Assembly: GCA_050633245.1 (NCBI GenBank)
Contig: JBOEGD010000024.1
Location: forward strand, 32,001-96,000
Direction: 5' to 3'
DNA from: Calditrichia bacterium
GTDB lineage: Bacteria; Calditrichota; Calditrichia; RBG-13-44-9; J075
Length of the DNA stretch: 64,000 nucleotides
Shown: one piece after another, positions 8,804-18,739 of the stretch
How positions within the stretch are numbered: position 1 is the stretch's first letter
Layout: every line of letters starts with the position of its first letter
Made by a program: the position numbers and the translations under genes
The notes under the pieces: model-generated
What the model saw: only the letters and a program-made list of their open reading frames with translations
What the model was told of the DNA's origin: nothing
Database searches by the model: none

Positions 8804-10507
8804 ATGGAGCACAAATGGGTGCTTGATGATGAGTTCGCCGAGGAGGATATCGAGCGGCTAGCGGGTGAACTGGGTGTTCCCCGAGTGTTGTCGCATATTC
8901 TCCTTCAACGAGGTGTAGACTGTTTTGACAAGGCACAAACTTATTTCCGCCCAGATCTGAACGAGCTGTACGATCCGTATCTGATGAAAGATATGGATAT
9001 TGCTGTCAAGAGACTGAATGAAGCCCTTAGTAAAGGGGAAAAAATTCTGGTCTTTGGTGACTATGATGTTGATGGCGTCTCCAGCTGTTCACTGGTATAT
9101 CTTGTCTTGGCCAAATTAGTCGGCTCTAAAGCCAGCTACTATATTCCTGACCGCATTAAAGACGGTTATGGTTTGTCTAAACGTGCTATTGAAAAAGCGC
9201 GTGATGATGGAATCTCGCTAATTATTACTGTGGACTGTGGCGTTACAGCAATTGAAGAAGTAAAACACGCTACGGAGTGCGGGGTTGATATTATCATTTC
9301 CGATCACCATGAATCTGGTGATGAACTCCCTCCAGCCGTTGCTGTTTTAGATCCCAAGCGTAAAGATTGTCCATATCCTTTTAAAGAATTGGCCGGTGTT
9401 GGCGTGGCATTTAAGTTTATGCAAGGGCTATACGACCAACTTGGCATGAATAAGTCCGAACTGGATGAATATCTGGATCTCGTGGCTATCGGCAGCAGCG
9501 CGGATATCGTGCCGCTGATTGATGAAAATCGAATTTTGGTGCGCCATGGACTGGATCGTATTAATTACAATCCACGCTTTGGTGTTAAAGCTCTTCTTGA
9601 ATCAACCGGTTTGGACAAGCGAGATATCACGGTCGGACTGATCGTTTTTGTTGTCGCCCCGCGAATTAATGCTGTGGGACGAATGGGTGATGCCGGCAGG
9701 GCTGTTAAGCTGCTGGTTGCCAGAAGCCTGCAGCAGGGACGCGTTGCAGCAAAAGAGCTGGAGCGTGAAAATAAGCTGCGCCGTACTGTAGATGAAAACA
9801 CGTTTAAAGAGGCAATCGAACTGGTAGAACAGAAACTTCAACCAGACGACGATTCCTGCATCGTGCTTTATCAAAAAGATTGGCATCCCGGTGTTATCGG
9901 AATAGTTGCCTCTCGAATTGTAGAGAGATACTATCGACCAGCAATTATGATTTCAGTGGTAAATGGTGTCGGTAAGGGATCGGCCCGAAGCATTGCTAAT
10001 TTTAATATCTATGAAGCAATTAAAAGCTGTTCGGAATATCTTGAGGCATTTGGTGGTCATAAATACGCTGCTGGATTGACTATCAAGGAAGAGAATATTC
10101 CCGCCTTTGTCGAAAAATTTAAGATCGCGGCAGCAAATACGCTTCCCGAGAAGGATCTTATTCCGACCGTTCAAGTCGACTGCGAAGTGCGTTTAAAAGA
10201 TTTTGATGAACGCCTGATGCGCCTCTTAAAACTTATGGGGCCGTTTGGACCAAAAAATCTGAGACCGGTTTTCGTTTCGCGTCAGCTAAATATTGTTGGT
10301 GATCCCTGCATCGTAGGTGGTAATCACCTAAAGCTGAATGTTGAGCAAAATGGTGTCGTTATGAATGCAATCGGTTTTAATCTCGGTAATCATCTCGAAA
10401 AAGTGAAAACGCAAAAAGCGCTTGTAGACTGCGCTTATGTGATAGAAGAAAATTTCTGGAATGGCAGAAAGAAACTACAACTCAGGCTAAAAGACGTTAA
10501 AGTATAA
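8804..10507 (+). CDS. recJ: Single-stranded-DNA-specific exonuclease RecJ
   Basis: FGDYDVDG, TVDCG, SDHH, PRINAVGR, GSARS and GGHKYAAG motifs. Confidence 0.97.
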   Translation: MEHKWVLDDEFAEEDIERLAGELGVPRVLSHILLQRGVDCFDKAQTYFRPDLNELYDPYLMKDMDIAVKRLNEALSKGEKILVFGDYDVDGVSSCSLVYLVLAKLVGSKASYYIPDRIKDGYGLSKRAIEKARDDGISLIITVDCGVTAIEEVKHATECGVDIIISDHHESGDELPPAVAVLDPKRKDCPYPFKELAGVGVAFKFMQGLYDQLGMNKSELDEYLDLVAIGSSADIVPLIDENRILVRHGLDRINYNPRFGVKALLESTGLDKRDITVGLIVFVVAPRINAVGRMGDAGRAVKLLVARSLQQGRVAAKELERENKLRRTVDENTFKEAIELVEQKLQPDDDSCIVLYQKDWHPGVIGIVASRIVERYYRPAIMISVVNGVGKGSARSIANFNIYEAIKSCSEYLEAFGGHKYAAGLTIKEENIPAFVEKFKIAAANTLPEKDLIPTVQVDCEVRLKDFDERLMRLLKLMGPFGPKNLRPVFVSRQLNIVGDPCIVGGNHLKLNVEQNGVVMNAIGFNLGNHLEKVKTQKALVDCAYVIEENFWNGRKKLQLRLKDVKV

Positions 10508-10526
10508 GACCGCCGGAGCTTTATTT

Positions 10527-11453
10527 GTGAAAGAGTTTTATCAGAACCTTCAAAAGAAACGCAGCGAAAAAGGCATTTCGCTGGAGGATATTAATCAAAA
10601 AACCCGACTTCCCATGAGCTATCTCAAAGCTCTGGAAGAAGGGCGCATGGATGATCTTCCCTTCGGATACGAACGCATTTACCTTCGTCGCTATGTAAAG
10701 GAGATTGGCCTTAATGAGGCGGAAGTTCTTCGGGACTTCGATATGCTTACCGGCAGGCTGGCCCCTACCACTGCTTCTGACGCCGTTAGCGAAGAAGCCG
10801 AACTCGAAGAGCCGGTGGCTGCGCCTTCACCCAGTTTCCCATCCAGCGTTAATGCCCAGGAGTTTGTGCATAGCTTAAATCTGGACCGCATTCATAAGCT
10901 GGTTTGGGTTGGCGGTGCTTTCTTTGCTATATTGCTGGCAGGCTATTTTATCTGGCAGCAATATATGACGCATCAAAATGATAAAGCGTTGGAAGTGAAA
11001 GAGATATCTTTGCAAGAGCTGGTCGAAAACTTTGAAGAAAAAGATACAACCGAAGTGATTCCGGATTCAACAGAAGTGCAAGCTGCTACAGCTCTTATCG
11101 CTTCGCAAGGCACTACAGGAAATGTTAATGTGTTGCTAAATGCGTTGAAGCGCACCTGGATTCGCGAGATTCGGGATGTGAAAGACACCACGGATTATAT
11201 CCTGCCCCGTGGCATCAGACGCAGTGTTAACGCACGATCATCCATTCAATTTCGGTTTGGCGTCGCAGATGGTGTCGAAGTGTGGCTGAATAAGAAAAAC
11301 CTCGGCGTTATGGGAAAGGAAGATGAAGTCTTATTGTATCTACTGCTCGATGCCGATGGAATTCAAGGTAAGCGGGTCAGAAAGGTACAACCAGGCGCTA
11401 AAGCACCTGTATCTACCGCAATTCCCGATGCACCACCAATCAGGGGGCAATAA
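10527..11453 (+). CDS. rodZ: RodZ-like protein (HTH + TM + DUF4115-like domain)
   Basis: N-terminal HTH (RSEKGISLEDI...YLKALEEG...LP...YLRRY), one TM helix and a C-terminal beta domain. Confidence 0.7.
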   Translation: MKEFYQNLQKKRSEKGISLEDINQKTRLPMSYLKALEEGRMDDLPFGYERIYLRRYVKEIGLNEAEVLRDFDMLTGRLAPTTASDAVSEEAELEEPVAAPSPSFPSSVNAQEFVHSLNLDRIHKLVWVGGAFFAILLAGYFIWQQYMTHQNDKALEVKEISLQELVENFEEKDTTEVIPDSTEVQAATALIASQGTTGNVNVLLNALKRTWIREIRDVKDTTDYILPRGIRRSVNARSSIQFRFGVADGVEVWLNKKNLGVMGKEDEVLLYLLLDADGIQGKRVRKVQPGAKAPVSTAIPDAPPIRGQ

Positions 11454-11977
11454 TGAAAAATTTGTCTGGATTTATTTATATAGCTTTTCTGATAATGCTG
11501 ACATCAGCATGTTCCTCCAGTAAAAAGGTGACGACATCTATGGCTGAGCCCGAGAAGGTAGAAACTGTTTTGGTTGGGGACTTGAAGTATACGGATATCA
11601 TTTCTACGCTTCCCCGCTGGGAAGAGCAGGATAAGCAAGCAGAGTTAAATCCTGCTGAGGTCGAGCAGCTTAGTAAGGTTGCCCGCAAAATTGAAGTGGT
11701 CTGTTATCTTGGGACATGGTGTCCTGATTCCCGCGGAGCGGTACCACAATTTACGCGGAGTCTTGAATTAGCCGAGAACCCTAATATTTCTTACCGCATT
11801 ATTGGATTGAATCGCGATAAAGATGATCCGCCTGCACATCTTGCGCTGCAGAACGATATTCAGCGGGTGCCGACATTTGTAATTTATGAGAATGAAGCTG
11901 AAATCGGTCGACTGATAGAATATCCAGTTCAGGAAAATTTTGTTTTAGACATTCTGGAGCTGCTTAGCTCGAAGTAA
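11453..11977 (+). CDS. Thioredoxin-like lipoprotein (CxxS)
   Basis: Lipobox TSAC, GTWCPDS motif and cis-Pro motif RVPTF. Confidence 0.8.
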   Translation: MKNLSGFIYIAFLIMLTSACSSSKKVTTSMAEPEKVETVLVGDLKYTDIISTLPRWEEQDKQAELNPAEVEQLSKVARKIEVVCYLGTWCPDSRGAVPQFTRSLELAENPNISYRIIGLNRDKDDPPAHLALQNDIQRVPTFVIYENEAEIGRLIEYPVQENFVLDILELLSSK

Positions 11978-12079
11978 GGCAGAGCAACTTTTCAGAATTA
12001 GAACTGGTATTATTAAGAATATTGGCGCATATTTACGGCTCGAAAAATGATGAGCTGTTTAACAATTAAAGTGATACTG

Positions 12080-12376
12080 ATGACGAATACGAATATCGAC
12101 AAAACAGATGAAAATGAATCAACGGTAGATAAAACCTACAATAAAATTACCCGTGTCATGGAAGGGTATATTATACTGTGTTTTGTCCTCGTCACAATTA
12201 TTCCCCTGCTTGAATACGCATGGGTTCCTCCATTTGTTCGATTTATCTACTTCACCGGTTTTCCCATGCTGCTTATTCTAATTTTGGTTAGCCTTGTGAA
12301 AGATAATATCCTCGACAATTTGAAACGCAAATACGATGAGACTCCCGGCCAGGCCAAATCTGCCGGAAGGAAGTAA
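12080..12376 (+). CDS. Small two-TM hypothetical membrane protein
   Basis: Two hydrophobic segments; stop codon 2 nt before the next gene; start uncertain (12047 or 12080). Confidence 0.6.
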   Translation: MTNTNIDKTDENESTVDKTYNKITRVMEGYIILCFVLVTIIPLLEYAWVPPFVRFIYFTGFPMLLILILVSLVKDNILDNLKRKYDETPGQAKSAGRK

Positions 12377-12378
12377 AA

Positions 12379-13377
12379 ATGATTCATATATCTTCCCGGC
12401 GGTTGGGAGATATCCTTTCTTTAAGTTCCCGCAAACGCATTATGGTTATTGGCGATCTCATGCTCGATCGCTACCTATGGGGACAGGTTACTCGAATTTC
12501 CCCTGAAGCCCCCGTTCCAATAATAAATATTGAAGATGATGAAGTCCGCTTTGGTGGTGCAGCCAACGTGGCTAACAATATTGTTGGCCTTGGTGCAGAA
12601 CCCGTTTTGGTTGGAACTATCGGTGATGATAACGGTGGAGAAATATTCCGCAGACTATTGGCCGAAAAAAAACTAACCGCCGCTGGGTTAATTGTTGATA
12701 GTTCGCGACCCACAACAATTAAAACGCGAATCATCGGTAATGATCAGCAAATAGCCCGCGTCGACCGCGAGAAGACGCATTCGATAAGCACTGAGGTGCA
12801 AGACCGCATTCTACAGCAGGTGCGCGATTTAATCGTCGATGTCGATGCGATTATTCTGCAGGATTATAACAAAGGGATGATGCTGCCCGGATTAATAAAA
12901 GGCATTGTTGAAATAGCAGGCAAAGCAGATACGATTGTTACTGTCGATCCGAAGTTCGATCACTTCCTTGAATACCGCGGTGTAACGCTATTCAAACCGA
13001 ATCGTAAGGAAACTGAGGAGGCGCTTGTAATGCGACTCGATAGTGATGAGGCTGTCTGCGAGGCTGGCAGTTTGCTTCTAAAAGAGCTAAGCGCCAAAGC
13101 CGTGTTAATCACCTTGAGTGAACGCGGTGTGGCACTGTTCGAGCGGGACGAAGAGCCGGTTTTTACCCATACGCGCGCTCGCAAAGTTGCAGATGTGTCA
13201 GGTGCTGGTGATACTGTTATCGCAGCAGTGACGGTTGCTTTGGCTGCAGGAGCGTCCTTTAAGGAAGCCGTTTCGATGGCGAATTATGCCGCAGGAGTTG
13301 TTTGCGGCGAAGTAGGAGTCGTGCCAATAACAAGAGCGCATTTAATGTCAGCTTTTGAGCAAAACACAGGCGATTAG
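12379..13377 (+). CDS. rfaE1: D-glycero-beta-D-manno-heptose-7-phosphate kinase (stand-alone RfaE domain I / HldA)
   Basis: GDLMLDRY, RISPEAPVP, GGAANVA, QDYNKG, PNRKE and DVSGAGDT motifs. Confidence 0.9.
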   Translation: MIHISSRRLGDILSLSSRKRIMVIGDLMLDRYLWGQVTRISPEAPVPIINIEDDEVRFGGAANVANNIVGLGAEPVLVGTIGDDNGGEIFRRLLAEKKLTAAGLIVDSSRPTTIKTRIIGNDQQIARVDREKTHSISTEVQDRILQQVRDLIVDVDAIILQDYNKGMMLPGLIKGIVEIAGKADTIVTVDPKFDHFLEYRGVTLFKPNRKETEEALVMRLDSDEAVCEAGSLLLKELSAKAVLITLSERGVALFERDEEPVFTHTRARKVADVSGAGDTVIAAVTVALAAGASFKEAVSMANYAAGVVCGEVGVVPITRAHLMSAFEQNTGD

Positions 13378-14108
13378 CGATTTTGGCGAGCCTGCCAAAG
13401 GACCTCTGCCAGATGCAACATCTTTGTCGATCCGCCCTGACGTTTACTATATCCGGACAAATGCATCAAGCAACTGGAATCTCCTGAAACGAGAACAGAA
13501 GCACCACTTTCCCGGATCCACTCCGTTTTATTCTCAGCCATTGCCGTTGAAATCTCGGCAAACTTTACCGAAAATGTCCCGCCAAATCCACAGCAGGTAT
13601 CCGATCGTTTCATCTCCTCTAGCGACAAACCATCGATAGACCGGAGTAACTTTCGCGGCTGCTCAAAAATGCCCAATTCCCGCAAACCATGACATGCATC
13701 ATGATATGTTACAGTTGCATCGTATTGGCCATTCCAGGTTTCAATGCCAAGTTCATCGACCAAAAACTGCGATAATTCAAAGATGCGGCTCTGGATTTTG
13801 GCATGCCGCTCAAAGCCTGAATCGGATAGTTTCAGATGCTCGTAATGTTTTTTTACCTGGCTTACGCAGCTTCCGGAAGGGGCGACAATCGTTTCAGCAT
13901 CTTCAAATATTTTCAGGAAACGTTCTGCCATAACCGCACATTCGGCGGCATAACCACTATTTCCGGCGGGTTGGCCACAGCAGGTTTGCTCTTCTAAAAA
14001 GATAGGTTGGCAATCCAGGTCGCGCAGGATATTTACCATCGCCATCGCAACTTGCGGAAAATACTGATCGACATAACAGGGGATGAACAAGTGTATGGGA
14101 CGAGGCAT
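13374..14108 (-). CDS. CCG-domain Fe-S protein (LutA/YkgE-like)
   Basis: PCYVDQ, QTCCGQP, PSGSC, YHDACH and CCGFGGTF motifs. Confidence 0.85.
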   Translation of the reverse strand: MPRPIHLFIPCYVDQYFPQVAMAMVNILRDLDCQPIFLEEQTCCGQPAGNSGYAAECAVMAERFLKIFEDAETIVAPSGSCVSQVKKHYEHLKLSDSGFERHAKIQSRIFELSQFLVDELGIETWNGQYDATVTYHDACHGLRELGIFEQPRKLLRSIDGLSLEEMKRSDTCCGFGGTFSVKFAEISTAMAENKTEWIRESGASVLVSGDSSCLMHLSGYSKRQGGSTKMLHLAEVLWQARQNR

Positions 14109-14119
14109 GGCATGCTTTC

Positions 14120-15212
14120 CTATTTATTGAGCAGGAAGGCGTAGATGAAACCATCCAGATCGCCGTCCATAACTTTTTGAACGTCGCCGGTTTCATGGCT
14201 GGTGCGATGATCCTTTACCATGCTGTATGGGTGGAATACATAGGAGCGTATTTGATTTCCCCAACCGATCTCGGTTTTTGTGTCTTCAAGCTCCTGCAGG
14301 CGAGCTTTTTCTTCTTCCAGCTTAAGTTGATAGAGGCGGCCGGAAAGAATCTTCATGGCATTGGCTTTGTTCTTGTGTTGCGAGCGTTCGCTCTGACAAG
14401 TTACCACGGTGTTGGTTGGCAGATGAGTGATCCGCACTGCAGAATCGGTACGGTTTACGTGCTGTCCACCAGCGCCACTGGCGCGGTAAGTGTCGATTCG
14501 CAGATCATTGGGATTAATTTCGATCTCAAAATCGTCGTCTACCTCGGGAACAACAAATATGGAGGCAAAAGACGTATGGCGGCGACCGCTGGAGTCGAAA
14601 GGAGAAATGCGCACCAGGCGATGCACACCAACTTCGGCCTTTAGAAATCCGTAGGCGTAGTCGCCCTTAATTTCCAATGTTGCGCTTTTTATTCCTGCCT
14701 CATCCCCGGGGAGCATATCCAAAGTGGATGCCTTGAAGTCCTTTCGCTCGGCCCACCGAAGAAACATACGCATGAGCATTTGAGCCCAGTCCTGACTTTC
14801 GGTTCCGCCGGCACCCGGATGAATCGTAAGAATAGCGTTTTTGGGGTCTTCAGGAGTAGAGAGCAGGCCTTTTAGTTCCAGCTCTTGAGTAGCAGCATAC
14901 AAGGTTTCACCGTCTTTGGCAACCTCGGCAAGAGTCTCAGCATCGTCTGCTTCCAGTGCCATTTCCAGCATTAGGCGCAAATCTTCCAGCTGCTGTTGCT
15001 GCTTTTTCCACGAGTTCAGTTTGTCTCGCTTGGTGTTCAGATGTTTTAATATTTTTTGAGCGCTTTCCTGATTGTTCCAAAACTCCGGTTCTGCGGTCTT
15101 TGCTTCAAGAACTTTGATATCTTCTGCCAGCTGAGAAATATCAAAGATACCCCCGAAGGTTTTCGAGGATAATGCCGGTCTTTTCCAAGTGAGACTGTAT
15201 TTCTTCGCTCAT
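14120..15212 (-). CDS. prfB: Peptide chain release factor 2, expressed via +1 programmed frameshift (363 aa)
   Basis: ATG 15212 opens 23 codons ending ...CGG GGG TAT CTT TGA (15143-41). The +1 frame continues DISQLAEDIK...EFWNNQ into the ORF carrying the SPF and GGQ motifs. Confidence 0.96.
15140..15154 (-). promoter_or_regulatory. prfB frameshift signal (internal SD + CTT TGA)
   Basis: GGGGG-TAT-CTT-TGA-T on the minus strand. Confidence 0.93.
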
Positions 15213-15232
15213 GCGATAGACTCTCTATTGTT

Positions 15233-16825
15233 TTACAGCTTATAGGCTTTTTGAATTGAATGCGATTCAAAATAGTGATTCAGAATCTTTTTATGGTTCT
15301 GCTTTTCCATTGCCATAATTGCGGCTCCGGTTTTACACATACCAACGCCATGCCCGTGGCCTGCGCCAACAAAGGTGAAGGAAATAGGAGTGCCTGTATC
15401 ATCAAGTTCCCGTTCTACCAGAAAACAGGAGCTTGGCAGATATTCATGCGCAAGGGCTTCGCGAATGTTAAGCTGACCGCGAATGCGATAATTTTTCAGA
15501 CTGCCAATCAGTTCTATTTCGCGCAGACGGGCGGATGCGCCGCGATCAATTGGAATAATCTCGAATAGGATACCGATATCCTCACCGGTTTTTTTGCGAA
15601 TAATTTCTTCCAGCTCTCGACGCGAATAGTTGAATTCCCAACGGAAAAACTTTTTTACTCGTTCTAATGATGCCGGTAGTTCCCGGCCCTTCATGTTGCA
15701 CCAGGTTTCCGGGCGGGAGAGAATCCAGTTACGAGCATTGTTCTCTTTACGCAGGTTTGTAGAGCGTTTCGGCTTTTCGGCACTATCGAGCTTTCCGATA
15801 AGGAGTGGATTTTCACCATCCCCGAGCATACCACCAGCGTTTTCAGTGTGCCCCCCACAAATCAGATGAAATGGGGTGTCACTGATATTGCCATCATTGC
15901 AAACGACCTGTCCGGTAGTTAGGTTCACCGCCTTGTCGATGTTCTCATCCTCAAACTCTTCGCCGAAATAGCGAAGCGTTTCACCGGTGTGTCCATAATC
16001 GAATGGGTCGCCTAAACGTTTGTGGTTGATGCGGGCCAGTGCTTCACTACGGCAAACAATGGCGAGACTTTTGGAAAACTCAAGCGGCAGGTCTGTACCA
16101 ATTTCGGAATAGATAACCCGCTTTAGATATGCTTCCAGCGGAATTTCGCTGATTCCCATCAGGTTGCCCTTGATATCGAAGCGAAGTTCTACAACACCGC
16201 TATAAACAAGATCGTTGAAATGCTCTTTTTGCAGCAGGTCATCGAAGCTGCGAACGCCAAAAATTTTCGTCATGGTAGCCGTTTCTTCCGGCACGATACG
16301 CACAACGTTTGCAGCTTCAGTAGACTTGTCGTATTCTGCGTCGAATATTTCAAGATAGCCCTGAGGCGCTTCCAGCTGTCTTTTCTCAAAATAGGGAATA
16401 AATGTCGGTTGAAATTGCTTGAAGGCTTTACGAGCAGCCATTTCACTGCCGTATTCTCCGGCTGTAATAACATATTTGCTATTGTCATTTAACTTTTTGT
16501 TCTTCAGATAAATCTCGCCGCCAAGCTGTCTGATCTCGGCTGATTCATCCATCGAGCGGGCTATTTCGAGCTTCTTCTCTGCATCTTCGCGTTTAAAGGA
16601 TTCGTAGAGGATAAGAAAAAATGCTTCTTTTCCAGGCCGACTGTCACGCATCTTTACGCGCCACTTCAAATCGGACTTCATGGGCTTGAGCAATTCTTTC
16701 CCGTCGCCATCCTCCAGATGAAATTTACCCATAACCCGAAAGTCGATATGTTCCTGGCCAGTAAAGAGACCAATTCGAAATACCGGTTGATTATCGCGTT
16801 CTTTCAGTTGAATCTTATTATCCAT
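15233..16825 (-). CDS. SpoIID/LytB-domain protein
   Basis: PLEAYLKRVIYSEI, FHLICGGHTE, RGASAR and GAGHGHGVGMC...ILNHYF motifs; no obvious signal peptide. Confidence 0.85.
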   Translation of the reverse strand: MDNKIQLKERDNQPVFRIGLFTGQEHIDFRVMGKFHLEDGDGKELLKPMKSDLKWRVKMRDSRPGKEAFFLILYESFKREDAEKKLEIARSMDESAEIRQLGGEIYLKNKKLNDNSKYVITAGEYGSEMAARKAFKQFQPTFIPYFEKRQLEAPQGYLEIFDAEYDKSTEAANVVRIVPEETATMTKIFGVRSFDDLLQKEHFNDLVYSGVVELRFDIKGNLMGISEIPLEAYLKRVIYSEIGTDLPLEFSKSLAIVCRSEALARINHKRLGDPFDYGHTGETLRYFGEEFEDENIDKAVNLTTGQVVCNDGNISDTPFHLICGGHTENAGGMLGDGENPLLIGKLDSAEKPKRSTNLRKENNARNWILSRPETWCNMKGRELPASLERVKKFFRWEFNYSRRELEEIIRKKTGEDIGILFEIIPIDRGASARLREIELIGSLKNYRIRGQLNIREALAHEYLPSSCFLVERELDDTGTPISFTFVGAGHGHGVGMCKTGAAIMAMEKQNHKKILNHYFESHSIQKAYKL

Positions 16826-17110
16826 CCTTTAACTCGCAGGTTTTGTCATAAGAGCGTGGAGATTTTGTGTAGCTGAATAATTTAGCATACTTTTTGTTCC
16901 AAATCAAGTCTCAACGGGTCGGTAAGCCCGGTATATATCATATTTTAGCAAAAATTTCAAAATTTCATCTTTACTTTTCACGATAGACGGAATTACTGTT
17001 GAAAAGTCGACTTATATTCAAGAATATATGTGAACTTGTTTTAGAAAGGTTAGTTTACCGATCAATAGCCGTGGGATTTGCTAAGGATTAACTGAAAATA
17101 GGATACGTAT

Positions 17111-18739
17111 TTGCGAGAATTGCGCTACACGCTTTTATTTCTCTTTGGATTTATGGGATGCCTTCTGGCACAGCGTTCGGATGCTTTACCACCGAGTTTG
17201 GGGGGTAAGTTGACTATTGGCATTGTAGCTGATCCCACAGAGTTGCTGCATCCACTGCGCGTTCGCGCACTGGAAGAGAAGCGTATTGCCGATTTGATCT
17301 TTGGAAACAGCGTGTTCCGTAAAAGCGAAGCGACCAGGAATCCACCAAATTTCTTTAATATTGAACCGAGCGATCGCTCAAATCGCCTTTGGAAAATTGT
17401 GCTGCGTCGTGGCATTGCCTTTCACGATGGCAATTACATGAGCAACGAGGATATTGTCTTTACGATTGAATTGATTCGCAAATTTGGTGGTGCACTATTA
17501 AATGTTCCGCTTCGTTTTGACGATGTGGTGCAAATGAAAAAAAATGGTGATCTCGAGTTACTTGTCGAGTTGAAAGACGGTGACAAGCTGTTTGTCGAGC
17601 GGATCGCACAGATTCCTATTCTTCCCAGCCATTACTATTCTGATGCGCTTGAAAAGGGTTTTGCGGTTTTTCGCAATAAAGCTCCAATGGGCAGCGGGCC
17701 ATACCGATGGTCTTCTTCGACCAAAGATCAGTTACGACTGGTTTTTCATCCCAACTATTATGCCGGACGTCCGTTTCTTCAGGAAATCAGCGTAAGATTC
17801 TATGATAATGAGCAGCAAATTAGCAGTGCTCTGGTAAATGACCAGATCGACTTTGCCGAACTGCCGGATCATGGTAGTGCCAATCGCCTGCACGATTTAA
17901 TGAAAAGTAAGCTGAACGTATTTCTGGTGCCCCGTGAGGCAACGCGAATTACGTTTATTCTATTCAACCTGAAATCCTTTCCTCTAAGTGCCAAAGAAGC
18001 ACGTCGTGCGCTACACCTGGCCTTAAACCGCATAGACATGGCAAGCGGTGTGGGGCCGTTACTCAATACAGTTATGCCCGTCGAACATTCTGACTATGAT
18101 CGTTCGCTGTTCTCAAATGACTACAACCCTCAAGCGGCAATACAAATGCTAAGGGATAAAGGCTGGACGCAATTGCCCGGTAGTAATTTGATGGCAAAAG
18201 AGGGCAAACCCTTTTCATTCGAGTTGTTTTTTGCCGAAAAATCTACTCTTGAAGAGAATCTCGCGCGAACTATTCTTTTGAATCTGCGCGAATTGAATAT
18301 TGATGTAAAACCTATTCCGTTGCCTTCCGTAAGCAAGAAGAAGCGTTTGGAACAGGGAACGTTCGAATCGATGATTTTTAGCTATGAATATGATTCGGAG
18401 TATATCTACGAGGCATTAGAGGAATTTTATTTTGAGATTCTTGGAGCGGGGGCAACACCGGTTAATTATCGCAATCGCTATATTTCAAACATTTTCAGGA
18501 TTGCTCGCGAGGGCGGCGAGCGCGAATCTATTCCACAGCGCTTTCAGCTGTTTGTACATCAGGAAATGCCGGCAGTTTTTCTATTTCACGAACAGGCGCG
18601 TGTCGTTGCGGTACGCAACCGTGTAAAGGGGTTTCGTACTCAGGAAATAACTCAGGCAGGAACGATTACGCGCTTGAATCCGATTGAAGAATGGTTTATT
18701 CCACGTGAACTCCAGCGAGGGAGTAGCAATGGCAATTAG
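17111..18739 (+). CDS. Family-5 (OppA/DppA-like) solute-binding protein
   Basis: Signal peptide; LRRGIAFHDG...EDIVFTI, PMGSGPY, YYAGRP and RRALHLALNR motifs. Confidence 0.85.
   Translation: MRELRYTLLFLFGFMGCLLAQRSDALPPSLGGKLTIGIVADPTELLHPLRVRALEEKRIADLIFGNSVFRKSEATRNPPNFFNIEPSDRSNRLWKIVLRRGIAFHDGNYMSNEDIVFTIELIRKFGGALLNVPLRFDDVVQMKKNGDLELLVELKDGDKLFVERIAQIPILPSHYYSDALEKGFAVFRNKAPMGSGPYRWSSSTKDQLRLVFHPNYYAGRPFLQEISVRFYDNEQQISSALVNDQIDFAELPDHGSANRLHDLMKSKLNVFLVPREATRITFILFNLKSFPLSAKEARRALHLALNRIDMASGVGPLLNTVMPVEHSDYDRSLFSNDYNPQAAIQMLRDKGWTQLPGSNLMAKEGKPFSFELFFAEKSTLEENLARTILLNLRELNIDVKPIPLPSVSKKKRLEQGTFESMIFSYEYDSEYIYEALEEFYFEILGAGATPVNYRNRYISNIFRIAREGGERESIPQRFQLFVHQEMPAVFLFHEQARVVAVRNRVKGFRTQEITQAGTITRLNPIEEWFIPRELQRGSSNGN

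Noticed and set aside
14981-15270. prfB as a truncated gene or pseudogene, and the 74-aa ORF 15046-15270
   Set aside because: Fully explained by the canonical programmed +1 frameshift.
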